Positions 19,177 to 30,349 of a stretch of DNA of 64,000 nt are shown here, one piece after another. The position numbers and the translations under genes are program-made. A model generated the notes under the pieces. It made no database searches. It was given only the letters and a program-made list of their open reading frames with translations, and was not told where the DNA came from. The DNA lies in the IMG/VR virus record IMGVR_UViG_3300019742_000001; one strand, 5' to 3'. Position 1 is the stretch's first letter; every line of letters starts with the position of its first letter. The stretch comes from a virus (lineage: Duplodnaviria; Caudoviricetes).

Positions 19177-20096
19177 TGAAATTACAACAATACTTAACAG
19201 AAAAACAAATAATTGTAGGAAAGGGTCAGAAATACGGACAGATTGTATTTCTAGCTGGTGGTGCCGCATCTGGTAAAGGATTCGCATCAACAAATTTTAT
19301 GGAAACCGACAAATTCAAAATTCGTGACGTTGACGAAATGAAAAAAGCCATGATTAAATTACAGAAAGTTAAGGGAGATAATCCAGAAATCGCCAATGCT
19401 GATATGGGGAAACCAGAAGATGTTCGTATGGTACACGAATTCTGTAAAAAACATAAAATCAAAGACAAAACACTTGATCTAGTATTAAATGGTGCGATAA
19501 AAGGAACTTTACCAAACATATTATTTGATGTTACTCTTAAAGATATTGGTGATATAAATGAAGTAGTACCTAAATTATTTGAAGCTGGTTACAAACCTAT
19601 TGATATTCATTTGGTTTGGATATTAACTGACTATACCATTGCAATAAAACAAAACACTGAACGTGAACGTGTAGTACCACCTGATATTATGTTAGCAACT
19701 CATACTGGTGCAGCTCTCACTGTCACTGATATCCTAAGACACAAAACAGGAAGTATTGGTACGACTATCGACGGATCTATCAATATTATCCTGAATAACA
19801 AAGAAAATACTGTGTATCTTACGGCTAATGACACCAAAGAAACTATGACAGGTAAAAATAAATTAATACAACAACCCGGAAAACCACTCCAAAGTGTCAG
19901 TAAATATGGTGGTAATAAATCATTAATAATTAAAAGTTTCAAATATATTAATGTAAAGGAAGAAGGTAAACCTATGAAACGAAGTGTGGATTTTGAGAAA
20001 GAATTGAATTCATGGGATGACCTAAGAAAATGGGTTAAATCTAATATACCAAAAACCAAGAAAACTGAAAATATAAGAAGAAGAAAACGGATATAA
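19176..20096 (+). CDS. P-loop NTPase/kinase (zeta-toxin/AAA_33-like) with CTS leader
   Basis: IVFLAGGAASGKG Walker A, ILFDVT, N.ER.R. It begins MKLQQYLTE. Confidence 0.65.
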   Translation: MKLQQYLTEKQIIVGKGQKYGQIVFLAGGAASGKGFASTNFMETDKFKIRDVDEMKKAMIKLQKVKGDNPEIANADMGKPEDVRMVHEFCKKHKIKDKTLDLVLNGAIKGTLPNILFDVTLKDIGDINEVVPKLFEAGYKPIDIHLVWILTDYTIAIKQNTERERVVPPDIMLATHTGAALTVTDILRHKTGSIGTTIDGSINIILNNKENTVYLTANDTKETMTGKNKLIQQPGKPLQSVSKYGGNKSLIIKSFKYINVKEEGKPMKRSVDFEKELNSWDDLRKWVKSNIPKTKKTENIRRRKRI

Positions 20097-20097
20097 T

Positions 20098-21108
20098 ATG
20101 AGCAAATTATCTAAATTCGTCAGTGAACGTGTTCAAATTGGTGATACATCATATAAAGAAAAACACGTCGATGATTTATTGTCTGTTTGGCCTGATGTAG
20201 AAAGACAATGCAAACAGTTCATTAAGGAATTGAGGAAAGGTAAATACACAAATCTATTATATCGTGGATCAAATCGTTCTACTCATATAGGAACTAAAAG
20301 TGTCAGACAAGATAGAGTGCCAAAAGATATGCCAGAAGACTCACATGAAGCATTTGATGAGGCATTTGATGAGGTGTATGGATGGAAAGCTAGATCTACT
20401 GGATTGTTCTGTACAGGAAATAGTAATAATGCTGGTTCATATGGAACTGTTCAAATTATTTTCCCTATCGGTAAATATGAATACTTATGGTCATCCAATA
20501 TAACGGATTTATATTCTGATTCTGGTGATGGAAAAGATATATCAGAAACGGAACCTGATAGTTCTTTGTTACGGGAATGGGAAATAGAATGGGATGACCA
20601 GTATGGTGAAGGTCAAGATGGTGAATACCTATACCAAGTAAGTTCTGGTTACTATGGTAGAGAAGAAGAAGATGCAGTGGATAAAATACAAAACGATGAA
20701 ATAAGTAATATTGAATATGAAATTGGATATGAGGAACGCAAAGAGGAACCTGACCAAGATGAAATTGATGATTTGAATGTCAAACTTAATTATGCAAACA
20801 GTGATTCTTTCAGAAATGATGTTCGTGATGATCTTGAATGGTCACCATCAATGGATTTGAGTGATTATATTGAATCTCAAAAGGAATATTGGGAAGGTGA
20901 ACCTGATGTGGATGCCGCAATGAATTTTATTAGAGGTGAATACTCAAACAGAGATCTTGACAAAGCTCTGAATTCTGGTGCTGAGATTATGTTTAAGTGT
21001 AAGAAGTATTATTTCTTTAATGGTGTGTATATTGATCTGATTAAAAAGTTATTACAGGATGATTCTTACGATCCTAACCAAATGGATTTTGATTTCGGTA
21101 AAAAATAA
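20098..21108 (+). CDS. ADP-ribosyltransferase-like protein (subfamily 1) with acidic insertion
   Basis: LLYRG ... GLFCTG...A.SYG...IFP ... AEIMFKC. Confidence 0.5.
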   Translation: MSKLSKFVSERVQIGDTSYKEKHVDDLLSVWPDVERQCKQFIKELRKGKYTNLLYRGSNRSTHIGTKSVRQDRVPKDMPEDSHEAFDEAFDEVYGWKARSTGLFCTGNSNNAGSYGTVQIIFPIGKYEYLWSSNITDLYSDSGDGKDISETEPDSSLLREWEIEWDDQYGEGQDGEYLYQVSSGYYGREEEDAVDKIQNDEISNIEYEIGYEERKEEPDQDEIDDLNVKLNYANSDSFRNDVRDDLEWSPSMDLSDYIESQKEYWEGEPDVDAAMNFIRGEYSNRDLDKALNSGAEIMFKCKKYYFFNGVYIDLIKKLLQDDSYDPNQMDFDFGKK

Positions 21109-21110
21109 AG

Positions 21111-21145
21111 AAAAGGGGAATGACTAATAATCATTCCCCTTTTTT
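21111..21145. terminator. Bidirectional terminator
   Basis: aaaaggggaatga-ctaataa-tcattcccctttt between convergent genes. Confidence 0.85.
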
Positions 21146-21146
21146 A

Positions 21147-21326
21147 TTAAAGTGTAATCAATGCTACAAGTAAACAAAGAACCATCGAAACAAACAAAGA
21201 TGATTTACGTACAGGAACTAATTGTTCATCAAGGTACGTCATCGTCTTCTCATATACATCCTTTGTATTTTTCCATAACATTTCCATACTCTGTTTTAAT
21301 TTAACCCATTTCGTTTCTTCCATCAT
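21147..21326 (-). CDS. 59-aa protein with a C-terminal TM helix
   Basis: My translation MMEETKWVKLKQ...SSLFVSMVLCLLVALITL, GGAG SD. Confidence 0.45.
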   Translation of the reverse strand: MMEETKWVKLKQSMEMLWKNTKDVYEKTMTYLDEQLVPVRKSSLFVSMVLCLLVALITL

Positions 21327-21435
21327 TACACTCCTTTTGTCTCTTTTTTTTAAATCATTTGTTTAAGTTCTTTCATGTCCAATAATAATTGAAGTTCTTC
21401 TATACACTTATCTACATCTTCATTTGATCTTGTCA

Positions 21436-21723
21436 CTACATCCTCTCATTACACACAATTCTATTTGTATATTGGATGCCATCACGATATACAGTTTCTA
21501 ACTCTTCCACCAAATCTTGTAAATTTTCATCAAGAGAAAAGGTAACATCTATTTCAATATAACCAGATTCAAGGAAACCAACATTACAGTATCCACCAAA
21601 TACAATACGATCTTCTGTTTGATATAATTCAAAAGTGTGATATTCACTATCATCACTTTGAAACTCAATTGTACCAATGTATTCTGAATCTTCATCTATC
21701 TTTGATGGTGTCCATACATCCAT
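21436..21723 (-). CDS. Hypothetical protein
   Basis: GGAGA SD and TTGACA promoter near 21848. Confidence 0.6.
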   Translation of the reverse strand: MDVWTPSKIDEDSEYIGTIEFQSDDSEYHTFELYQTEDRIVFGGYCNVGFLESGYIEIDVTFSLDENLQDLVEELETVYRDGIQYTNRIVCNERM

Positions 21724-21871
21724 AATAATCTCTCCTATGAAATAAAAGTTTAATAGAAAGTTAAAGTTGGTACACTATATGATATATAATACATATCACC
21801 CTCGGCGTTTAATAACCTTAGTCTACAGGAAACTTAAAGGTATGTCAACCAAGATTGAAAATATTTATAAA

Positions 21872-22429
21872 TTAATATTCATCCTCATCAGTAGGTCGTT
21901 CAATGATACCCATACGAAACAATTCATTATCGTCAGTATCCCATACACCATCTGGATCACGATCAAAGTCATCACTGTGATTAAAGAATGATTCAACACG
22001 ATCACTACTACCATTCATTACAGATTCAATCTTTTCTACTGACTTCTTTGCATAACTCCAACAAACAAAGACACTACAAATATTGAACGCCACCATGAAA
22101 GCAAATCCAATCCAACCAAAATAAATCAATGATCCCATAACCACACAATCTATTACCAATGATGTATATCGTCGGGTCATTGAAATCGATTGAATGTTTT
22201 CAGCATACTCACCCATTTTTTCTACAAAAGTATCGTCTTTGTAAATAATTACATAGATACATATGGTGACCATCAGACTGAGGATGGCAACACCAAAATT
22301 AAATACCAAAATTAATACCAATAAATTTGATACCCACTCAACACCCAAGTACAAACCACCGTAAACGGATAAACCAAGGATAATATTACTCACAATAAAA
22401 TAAATCCAACTCTTTGTCTTTGTAGTCAT
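21872..22429 (-). CDS. Multi-TM membrane protein with acidic tail
   Basis: Four hydrophobic segments, likely start MTTKTK. Confidence 0.6.
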   Translation of the reverse strand: MTTKTKSWIYFIVSNIILGLSVYGGLYLGVEWVSNLLVLILVFNFGVAILSLMVTICIYVIIYKDDTFVEKMGEYAENIQSISMTRRYTSLVIDCVVMGSLIYFGWIGFAFMVAFNICSVFVCWSYAKKSVEKIESVMNGSSDRVESFFNHSDDFDRDPDGVWDTDDNELFRMGIIERPTDEDEY

Positions 22430-22449
22430 TTTTTTCTCCATTAATAAAA

Positions 22450-22821
22450 TTAGTTTGTTACGCCCAAACGTGAAAGCCATTCACCGTGTTCATCATCATC
22501 ACCATCAAAGGTATCAAACTCATCAAACACAGTGTGAATATGCGCTGTGTTTGATTCAACCTCTGTATATGTTGTGTTTGATGGATCAGTAACAGGGGTA
22601 GAAGGGTCGATAGGTGTCGAAGTCAAGTACATGTCTCTCGGCATCAACATAAGACGTTCTAACCGTTTACGACAGTGTAGACACATTCTAAACCAAGGTT
22701 GAATATTTCCATCATGTAAATCACTAACGTTATATATTACTGATTTTTCTGTTATTAATCTTTTGCAGTAAGTAAGACCAGAGTCATCCAGTGATCTTAC
22801 ATGATAAATTCGTTGTCTCAT
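22450..22821 (-). CDS. Hypothetical protein (CxxC) ending in acidic-LSRLGV
   Basis: Start MRQRIY, tail DGDDDEHGEWLSRLGVTN. Confidence 0.55.
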   Translation of the reverse strand: MRQRIYHVRSLDDSGLTYCKRLITEKSVIYNVSDLHDGNIQPWFRMCLHCRKRLERLMLMPRDMYLTSTPIDPSTPVTDPSNTTYTEVESNTAHIHTVFDEFDTFDGDDDEHGEWLSRLGVTN

Positions 22822-23061
22822 TTGTATTCCTTTCAAGTAGTGTTGTTTGACTCAGGGATAATAACATTATGGTAATTATTGTCAATCATTTTTATTTTGA
22901 TTTATTTTTAAAAATGTCTTTACTTGGTATGGATATTGTATGTATAGTAGGTAACAGACAAAAACAAACCTATTTAAAGGGTTTGGGGACAAAATAGTAT
23001 AGACGAAACGTACGAAAGAACAAAGTAAATATACAATAACCCAAACCGAAGGAGAAATATC

Positions 23062-23190
23062 ATGGGATTTTTAGAGTTCGCATTCATAGGATTCGTAATA
23101 GTAGTAGCAACTTCACAACTCATTCCTGCTGCAATGGTGTATACAGGAATGGTGAAAGCATTATTCACTCAAAAAGGAGAAACAAAATGA
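23062..23190 (+). CDS. 42-aa membrane peptide, paralog of the next gene's C-terminal half
   Basis: My translation MGFLEFAFIGFVIVVATSQLIPAAMVYTGMVKALFTQKGETK, AAGGAG SD. Confidence 0.6.
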   Translation: MGFLEFAFIGFVIVVATSQLIPAAMVYTGMVKALFTQKGETK

Positions 23191-23402
23191 AAAACATTCT
23201 ATTCACAATCATCACGTTCTTGTTAATGACAGTTCCCGCTTGGGCATCAACAGCAAGAGTAGACAACTCAGGTTTCCTCGTATGGTCATTTCTTGGATTC
23301 TGTGCTATGATCATCGTAGCCCAAGTAATACCAGCAGTAATGGTAACACTAGGTATCGTTAAAGCGGTTAAAAGTGAACCTGATACAGTAACATCCAAAT
23401 AA
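23187..23402 (+). CDS. Small signal-peptide/TM protein of a family I recall from Geobacter-type genomes
   Basis: PAWA signal, then DNSGFLVWSFLGFCAMIIVAQVIPA...GIVKAV. Confidence 0.6.
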   Translation: MKNILFTIITFLLMTVPAWASTARVDNSGFLVWSFLGFCAMIIVAQVIPAVMVTLGIVKAVKSEPDTVTSK

Positions 23403-23470
23403 CATCTTGACTCAAAGTGAGATAGGTATATAATGTACCTATCTCACGAACCCTTTCAGAAAGTCTCACA

Positions 23471-23740
23471 ATGACAACCTTACAACAAATAAGAAACCTA
23501 TCTCTTGAAGAAGCAAAAGAATTAATGTGGGGTACATATGGTATCGATGGCAATGATCCTTTAAAATTCGTTACATTAAACGAATGTGAAACTTCACACC
23601 TACACAACATCCACAAAAACATTCTATGTCGTGATACATTAACACCACAAAATATGAAATATATTAATGCTGTTGAATTGATCATAGATTCCAGACAACC
23701 AAAAGTATTATTGGATGAAGACCTATTTGTTGTCGATTAG
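23471..23740 (+). CDS. Conserved phage protein with DxLF tail
   Basis: WGTYGIDG..PL..V.L.E.ET.HL.NI, ends LLDEDLFVVD. Confidence 0.6.
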   Translation: MTTLQQIRNLSLEEAKELMWGTYGIDGNDPLKFVTLNECETSHLHNIHKNILCRDTLTPQNMKYINAVELIIDSRQPKVLLDEDLFVVD

Positions 23741-23814
23741 TCTTGATCATTCCGAAATATGATGTTACTATGTATTTGTGATTGACACTAACCCCTCTTT
23801 TCAGGAGACACAAA

Positions 23815-24240
23815 ATGAAAATTCAAAATATCGATAAGGCAACCGCAGTTATGTTAGGAGAAGAACTTTTCCAAGCGGCTCAATTGATTGCTCAAAAATA
23901 TGGGGTTGCTGTTACACGTGGGTCAGGGAAATACAGTGACCTTGAGTATAAAGTAAACAGTGTCACTTTCAGTGTCACCGACGAAAACTCTGACTCCAAT
24001 GATAGTTTCAGTGTGGCTCAGATTCAAAAGATGAAAGACGATTTCACTTTCAAAAAAAGTCTGGTTGCATTAGATGGGATCGAAGTTGGGGATATCTACT
24101 ATGATTCCAAACAAGATTCTGACATGAAAGTTCTTGGGTGGGATCGTAAGAAACGTAAGTATCCTATCTTGGTTGAATGTGTTAACACAAAAACCATCTA
24201 CAAAATGACTCCTGAATCTCTAAAAATTAAGTTCCTATAG
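23815..24240 (+). CDS. Hypothetical protein
   Basis: AGGAG SD, open frame. Confidence 0.6.
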   Translation: MKIQNIDKATAVMLGEELFQAAQLIAQKYGVAVTRGSGKYSDLEYKVNSVTFSVTDENSDSNDSFSVAQIQKMKDDFTFKKSLVALDGIEVGDIYYDSKQDSDMKVLGWDRKKRKYPILVECVNTKTIYKMTPESLKIKFL

Positions 24241-24255
24241 AAAGGGATTGACACT

Positions 24256-25913
24256 ATGACCGAATTATTACAGTTATTTCAAGTGTTTGAACCATACAGT
24301 GTTGTGTTCCTTTCTTATGTGATCATTTATGGAGGTGTTTTTGGTGTCCGAAACACCTATTTGAGAATCGTGTCTATTCTAAAACAACGTAAATTAAAAC
24401 AATCTGATTTCGGTAAACTGCTTGACGGTATCTGGTATTTCTGTTTCCTCGTTCTATATGTGATTGGGTGAATATTATGAAACAAAATTCAATGAGAGAA
24501 TTGTATTGGGTGGAAACTAGTCTGGCATTATCACTTAACATTCCAATCTTAGAAAGTGGTAAGGTTGGAACGGTTGCCGTTAATTACTCACGGATTGACC
24601 CCAAATACCGAGAACTGGTTGAACAAAAGGTTTATAGTGGTACACGAAGATCAGCACAAATGCGTTGACTCCTGATTTCTGATGTGAGATAATGTTTCTG
24701 TGGTTAGGGAGAAACAAACAACTCTTGAAAGGATATGATATGACCGACAAATTACAAGACGCTTTAAACGGATTTTTGTTAGCCGCTCAAGATGTCTATA
24801 ATGATTACATCAAAGTGAACGGTTTCACTATGACAGATAAATTATCTTATACTGTTGGTCGTAAATACATCAAAGTAATCCAAGGTAGTTCTGTTCATAC
24901 CTTCATCAATATGGAGAATGGTGATATCCTCAAACCTGCTAGTTTCAAGTCTCCAGCAAAACACGCGAGAGGTAATGTATACACTAAAGACTTTGGTAAA
25001 TCTTGTCTAACACCTCACGGTCCAAAATACCTATAAGGAGTTTTAAATGAGTAGTAACAGTAGTAACAGTAGTGGTCCATTAATTGCTGTATTGTTCACA
25101 ATGTTTCTTGGGTTTTTGAAGTTATGTGGTGTCAATATCCCTTGGATGTGGGTATTTTTCCCGATCTGGTTCCCTACAGCAGTTGTATGTTGTTTGGTGT
25201 GTTGTCTGTTTATTCTGGTAGTTTTCTCTTTAATTTTCACTGCATTTTCATATCTGATTAGTGGGTATAAGGATTAGTAATGTTAAAAACAATATGGTAT
25301 AATATGTTTTGTTATGGTAAATTCTGGAAAGGAACTCACGATTGGGTTGTATCAGAAAAAAGCCCGTATGGTGAATTTATGAATGAGTATCGATGTAAAA
25401 AATGTAAACGAAAAAGGTTGTGGTAATGAAAGATTTATTCGTATCTTATGCATTATCATTTAAAAATAAACATCCTGATATGGGTAATATCATAATCAGG
25501 ACTGAATTGGATTCTGTTGAAGAGATCCGATCAACAGAAATGTATATTCAAAAAGAACTATATAAACTTGATCCTTATATGTACCCAGAAGATACAGAAG
25601 TTATAATCATTAATTGGAAGGTGTTATGAAAAGACAACAACAGACTACAAGAAAACTGACACTGACTACGATGAAAAAAGAATGTCCTGAATGTTACAGT
25701 GTTCAATTCTGTTTCTTTGGTGATCAAAAATCATTTAATGAATGGACATGTCCAGTGTGTAATGGGAGAATTGACGCAGATGAAGATTTTATTTCCGATG
25801 AAAGAAAAAGTGAAATTAGGAACAGAAAGGACAGTGACGAAGTTCCTTTGGTTACCGAAGACAGCGTATCTGAGCAAGACGAACCACCAACTACAGATGA
25901 GAGTTCTCTGTAA
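24256..25913 (+). other. Run of short early ORFs (24256-24471, 24468-24668, 24740-25036, 25047-25277, 25420-25629, 25626-25913)
   Basis: Coupled ORFs with SDs. 24740 has the GRKYIK...HTFI..G.ILKPAS.K.PAKHARGN phage family motif, 25047 is a TM peptide, and 25626 has a Zn ribbon. Confidence 0.6.
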
Positions 25914-26045
25914 ATCAACGTGGGTTGAACGATATGACTCTTGGTTGTCTATGCCTCCTGACGGACCATATACTTGTGGGTATTCACCAAGTCAACTGAA
26001 ACATGATACTTGTGGTTGGCGTATCAAATATTGGAAGGATTAGAA

Positions 26046-26348
26046 ATGAAAAATCTTGTATTGTTAGTTGTTGTATTGGTGATGTTAACTGGTTGTTCTG
26101 AGAGTGTTGTAGTTTACCCACAAGATAATGAATTTGCTGTTAACATATGTTCGGTTAATGGTGGAGTAAACAATTTTGAAGTTGTTGTTAACTCAGGTAT
26201 GTATAACGATATGATTATTACCTGTAATGATGGTGCTGTGTATCACGCGGATATCGTCAGAATTATGACCAAACAACACAACCAGAATGGTAATATAAGT
26301 GAGGTTTGGAGGGGATACGAAGATCACACTTGGAAGGTTAAGAAATGA
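26046..26348 (+). CDS. Putative lipoprotein
   Basis: MKNLVLLVVVLVMLTG|C lipobox. Confidence 0.65.
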   Translation: MKNLVLLVVVLVMLTGCSESVVVYPQDNEFAVNICSVNGGVNNFEVVVNSGMYNDMIITCNDGAVYHADIVRIMTKQHNQNGNISEVWRGYEDHTWKVKK

Positions 26349-26704
26349 AAAATCTTGTATTAAGAAAACCAAAAACTACAATTCTTATTATGATTTTTGG
26401 TCTGTTGGGTATTGGATCTGTTGGTGCTTTAATTGCCTTGATTGGATCAGGTTTAACAATAACAATGATACCTTTTTTGGGGTTTTTAACTATCGTATCA
26501 ATGTTTTGTATTTTTGTTCCTGTGGTACATCTCAGAGAATCAATGGATAACCACGAACGTAATAGTGAATATTACAGATCGATGGTTGGTGTTATTGACA
26601 GTAATCAATCCAGTCATTGGAATAAAGAGTTAGATATATCGGATGATCTTGATGAAGATGGTAATGGGAATGATTCTCTGAGACGATTGGGGTTATTCAT
26701 ATGA
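26345..26704 (+). CDS. Two-TM membrane protein with acidic-SLRRLGL tail
   Basis: Hydrophobic N-half, tail DDLDEDGNGNDSLRRLGLFI. Confidence 0.6.
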   Translation: MKNLVLRKPKTTILIMIFGLLGIGSVGALIALIGSGLTITMIPFLGFLTIVSMFCIFVPVVHLRESMDNHERNSEYYRSMVGVIDSNQSSHWNKELDISDDLDEDGNGNDSLRRLGLFI

Positions 26705-27015
26705 TGATTATATTATGTATACTATTATATTTTCTTGTTGGTCTGTTTATATCAATACAATATATGAAATATGAAACGAATGAATCCGTAGAGGAATTTG
26801 ATCATGATTATTGGGTGGCTACATTTTTGTTAAGTTCTGCATGGTTTATTCCGTTATTTTTATTGTTTCTTTGTTTTATTAAAAAAATATTTAAACAACC
26901 ATCAATCCATTATATGTTGACAAGAAAACGAACACTGAAAAGATCAAGTAATGACGATGACCCAACTGATGAAGATGTAGATAATTCTTTGTCACGATTA
27001 GGTATTGACCAATAA
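26701..27015 (+). CDS. Two-TM membrane protein with acidic-SLSRLGI tail
   Basis: Tail DDDPTDEDVDNSLSRLGIDQ. Confidence 0.6.
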   Translation: MMIILCILLYFLVGLFISIQYMKYETNESVEEFDHDYWVATFLLSSAWFIPLFLLFLCFIKKIFKQPSIHYMLTRKRTLKRSSNDDDPTDEDVDNSLSRLGIDQ

Positions 27016-27070
27016 CCAATTAACTGATAGACTGTTTCTATCTTATAACACAAACCGAAAGGAACAAAAA

Positions 27071-27787
27071 ATGCAACTTGATATGAAATTCAATCTGATG
27101 AAACAACAAAAGACACTTTGTCCTAAATGTGGGTTTGCTCCTACATTCCAGAAACAGTGGTCAATGGATTATGTAGAAGAATGTTCACCTGACTCAGACT
27201 GTGTATGGGAAGATGAAGATGTGAAAGAACATATGCATATGAATTGCCCTGATTGTGGATTTGAATTGGTGGTTCCTTGTCTGGATTATGATGATAAAAT
27301 CGTAGAACAATTCAATAACTCTGTGGTTCAAACTCCAATTATTACACCAAAGACGTTTAATCCACCAGCACGACCATTGAGTACACCAGTGTCTTTGAGT
27401 AACCCTACCAATCACACACCACCTGTATACAAAGCACCTGTTGATCCGTGGTCAGTTGAGTGTACTGGATGCCCTTGTTCAACAGAAAAGAAAGAAGTGT
27501 CACAATAAGAGGATATTATGATAACCAAAGACAAAATAAATAATCTAACACAAATTACAAACCGTATTATTGGGAATTCTGATGACGAGAAGGTGCGTAA
27601 GTGTGGAGAAATATTCAATATATTGATAACGAATATTGATTGTTTGTTGGATGAAGTCGAATGGTTGAAAGAGGAAAACGAGTCTCTGCGTTTTGAGGTT
27701 TCCGATAAGAAATTTGAAGAATCCCCTCAACGCAGAACTCGTAATACTCGTAATCAAACTCTTGATTTTGGTGGTCACCCGTTTTAA
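27071..27787 (+). other. Two ORFs: Zn-ribbon protein (27071-27508) and coiled-coil protein (27518-27787)
   Basis: CPKC/CPDC pairs, GAGG SD. Confidence 0.55.
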
Positions 27788-27797
27788 AGGTGTTTGT

Positions 27798-28157
27798 ATG
27801 AAACAATATAAAAGAGATAGACAACTGTTATCAGAAAAGTTTTCTCGTATACCAAAACCGATTAAAAATCAAATGTGGTTACGGGCTACAAGAAGAGTTG
27901 CACTGGATGTCTACAATTATCATAAAAGAATTGATGACTTCTATTTGTCATGGGATTTCTTCCTTCGAAATATAACAAACGAACTTGGTGGGGATGAATA
28001 TAAGGTATACGATACAGTAAAATGTGATGCCTTGGAACTCACTCCATATTATGATATCTACTTGAAATGTATGTCGAAGTTAAAAATTCTTAAAGAAAAA
28101 TCTGAGTATCTGAATAAGAATTATATTCCATTAGAAGACGATTTATTTGAGGTGTGA
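27798..28157 (+). CDS. Hypothetical protein with DxLF tail
   Basis: Start MKQYKR, ends IPLEDDLFEV. Confidence 0.6.
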   Translation: MKQYKRDRQLLSEKFSRIPKPIKNQMWLRATRRVALDVYNYHKRIDDFYLSWDFFLRNITNELGGDEYKVYDTVKCDALELTPYYDIYLKCMSKLKILKEKSEYLNKNYIPLEDDLFEV

Positions 28158-28411
28158 TTGTGAAATTTAAAGTTGGTGAAAAAGTTGGTTTCTCTGAAAA
28201 CTGTATTACCTGTGTATCAAATGGGGAATGGTCGAATGAACCATCAAGATTAGTAAATAGAGGATGGGCTATTGTCGTGAGCGGTAAAATGTCAAATTCT
28301 AATGAATATTTTGTATATAAATTAGAAGGAGCCCCTCATGGTTGGGCTGAATACGAACTTGAGAAATTAAAACCGAAATACAAATTACCTTCTGATTTAT
28401 TTGAAATTTAA
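28154..28411 (+). CDS. KOW/SH3-like small protein with DxLF tail
   Basis: KFKVGEKV..., ends LPSDLFEI. Confidence 0.6.
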   Translation: MIVKFKVGEKVGFSENCITCVSNGEWSNEPSRLVNRGWAIVVSGKMSNSNEYFVYKLEGAPHGWAEYELEKLKPKYKLPSDLFEI

Positions 28412-28421
28412 TGGAGTATAA

Positions 28422-30120
28422 ATGAGTACTAAAATATATAACGCATATAAAGTAGAATCTTGTTATTGTATTGACGATGTTATAAAGTCACTGATTAAAA
28501 CAAGGGAATTATACCATAAACATATAGTTGATTATTTGGCTGGCGACTATGATAATATCAAGAACCGTAATGGGATAACCAATGTATACGGTCTATCTCA
28601 AATACTTAAAGACGATATTGTTGATCAAGGTATTTTTGATTATACCGCTTCAGTTGTGTTGTATGTAAACAAAGGGTGTGTCTATATACAATTCTTTGGT
28701 TTTGATAACAAAACATTTGATGAGGTCGTAAAACCTGTCTTTGGTAGAATGATGGTTGATTATCATTACCAGAACCAATCAGATCCTTGGTATGAATATG
28801 AAGAAAATTTAACACCAGATAAAAGACTGTTGTATGATAAAGAATATGAAGAACGCAGGATAGTTTGGGAAGAAATTTTTGGTGATGATTATGTTCCATC
28901 GTCTCGCGGTCTGTCATATGACTTCTATACCAAAAGTGATGTGATCCATATTGTTTATGACGTTAAAGATGAATTGGATAGTGGTGAGTAATTTCCTTGA
29001 CTCTGAGTAGGGACAGGTCTATACTGTTCTTACCTCAGACGAAAGGAATTAAAGATGACCGTTTCTTATACCGATATCTACAATAAAATCAACCTTTCAA
29101 ATAACGGCAAGATGATGTTGAAGAATTTCACCAAAGAGGAAAAACTTGTTATTGGTGAAATGAAGACTAAAAATCTTGTTGCTCCAGCACAATTCATGAC
29201 TCTTGCTGACTCTGTTAAAATCCACCCTATGAACACGGAGGTTTAAGATGTCAGAAATTCAACGGTCTTACACAATTATAGCAGAAGACGATACACTGAA
29301 AAATTTGATCAGTGACTATCTGGAATATTCTCATTATGATAAACCTATAAAAAAACTATTTGAATCCAGTTCTGACTATGATAATCGGGTAGATGAATTT
29401 AAAAAATCAGATGGTGTATTGGGTCGATATCATAAAATGAAAGAACAGATTAAATTACTTTATCCTGAATTCCGAACAGACCATCATTGGATAGGGGCTA
29501 TTAATATTAAGAATGGTCTAAAAATGTTTGAAATCAAAACTGTTATTAATGTTCAACCAGCAAAAGTGATTGAGGAGGAAGTTGTATGTTAAGTAAATTT
29601 AAAAAATGGTTCTTACGGTCTTTTATCGGTGCCGTTCTCTTTAACAAAAATATCACCAGAGGTCAAATATACATATTAAGGGGTGGAAGTAACAAAGGTA
29701 ATCCATTCAGTGATGATAAGAACCATACTGTTGAGATCATTGATGTCAAAGATGGGTTTGTGAACTATAAGTTTGTGGGTTCTACTATTTTCATTAACGA
29801 GTCTATGAAGACAAGTGTATTCAATGGTGTATATCGGTTAACTGATGATTAAAGTCGGTGATAGAATCAGAATCAAACCATATGATGAGGTCAAGGAATA
29901 TATTATAGAAGATGATTGTGGTGGTATGCATATGACATATGACTTATATGAGGATCTTCGGCATATGATAGAATACTGTGATCAAATTCTAACTGTATCA
30001 GAAATAAAACTTCACCCATTTGTAGATCTTAATGTATATACTACAATTATAGATAGTAAACGGTTATCATGGTTACCTATGTGGTTTAATCTATACAATG
30101 GAGATAGTGATGAAAATTAG
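28422..30120 (+). other. Run of hypothetical ORFs (28422-28991, 29055-29246, 29248-29592, 29586-29852, 29845-30120)
   Basis: Coupled ORFs with SDs and a sigma70 promoter at 28997. Confidence 0.55.
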
Positions 30121-30349
30121 ACAAAATAAATTCAATAAAGGTGATAGAGTCGTATGTGTTGAAGATTACCTCCCATACAGTGGATGTTTTCTTGAAGAAG
30201 GATCAGTGTATGTAGTTGATATCGTTGATGAATTTGGTTTTGTTGGATTAAAAGGTGTAGATGAAGAAGGTGTTACTTGTTGGTCAGATAGTAGATTTGA
30301 CTTATATTTACCGCCAAATAATTTTAATGAGGATTTATTTATTATATGA
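30110..30349 (+). CDS. KOW/SH3-like small protein with DxLF tail
   Basis: KFNKGDRVVC...WSDSRFDLY, ends NFNEDLFII. Confidence 0.6.
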   Translation: MKIRQNKFNKGDRVVCVEDYLPYSGCFLEEGSVYVVDIVDEFGFVGLKGVDEEGVTCWSDSRFDLYLPPNNFNEDLFII

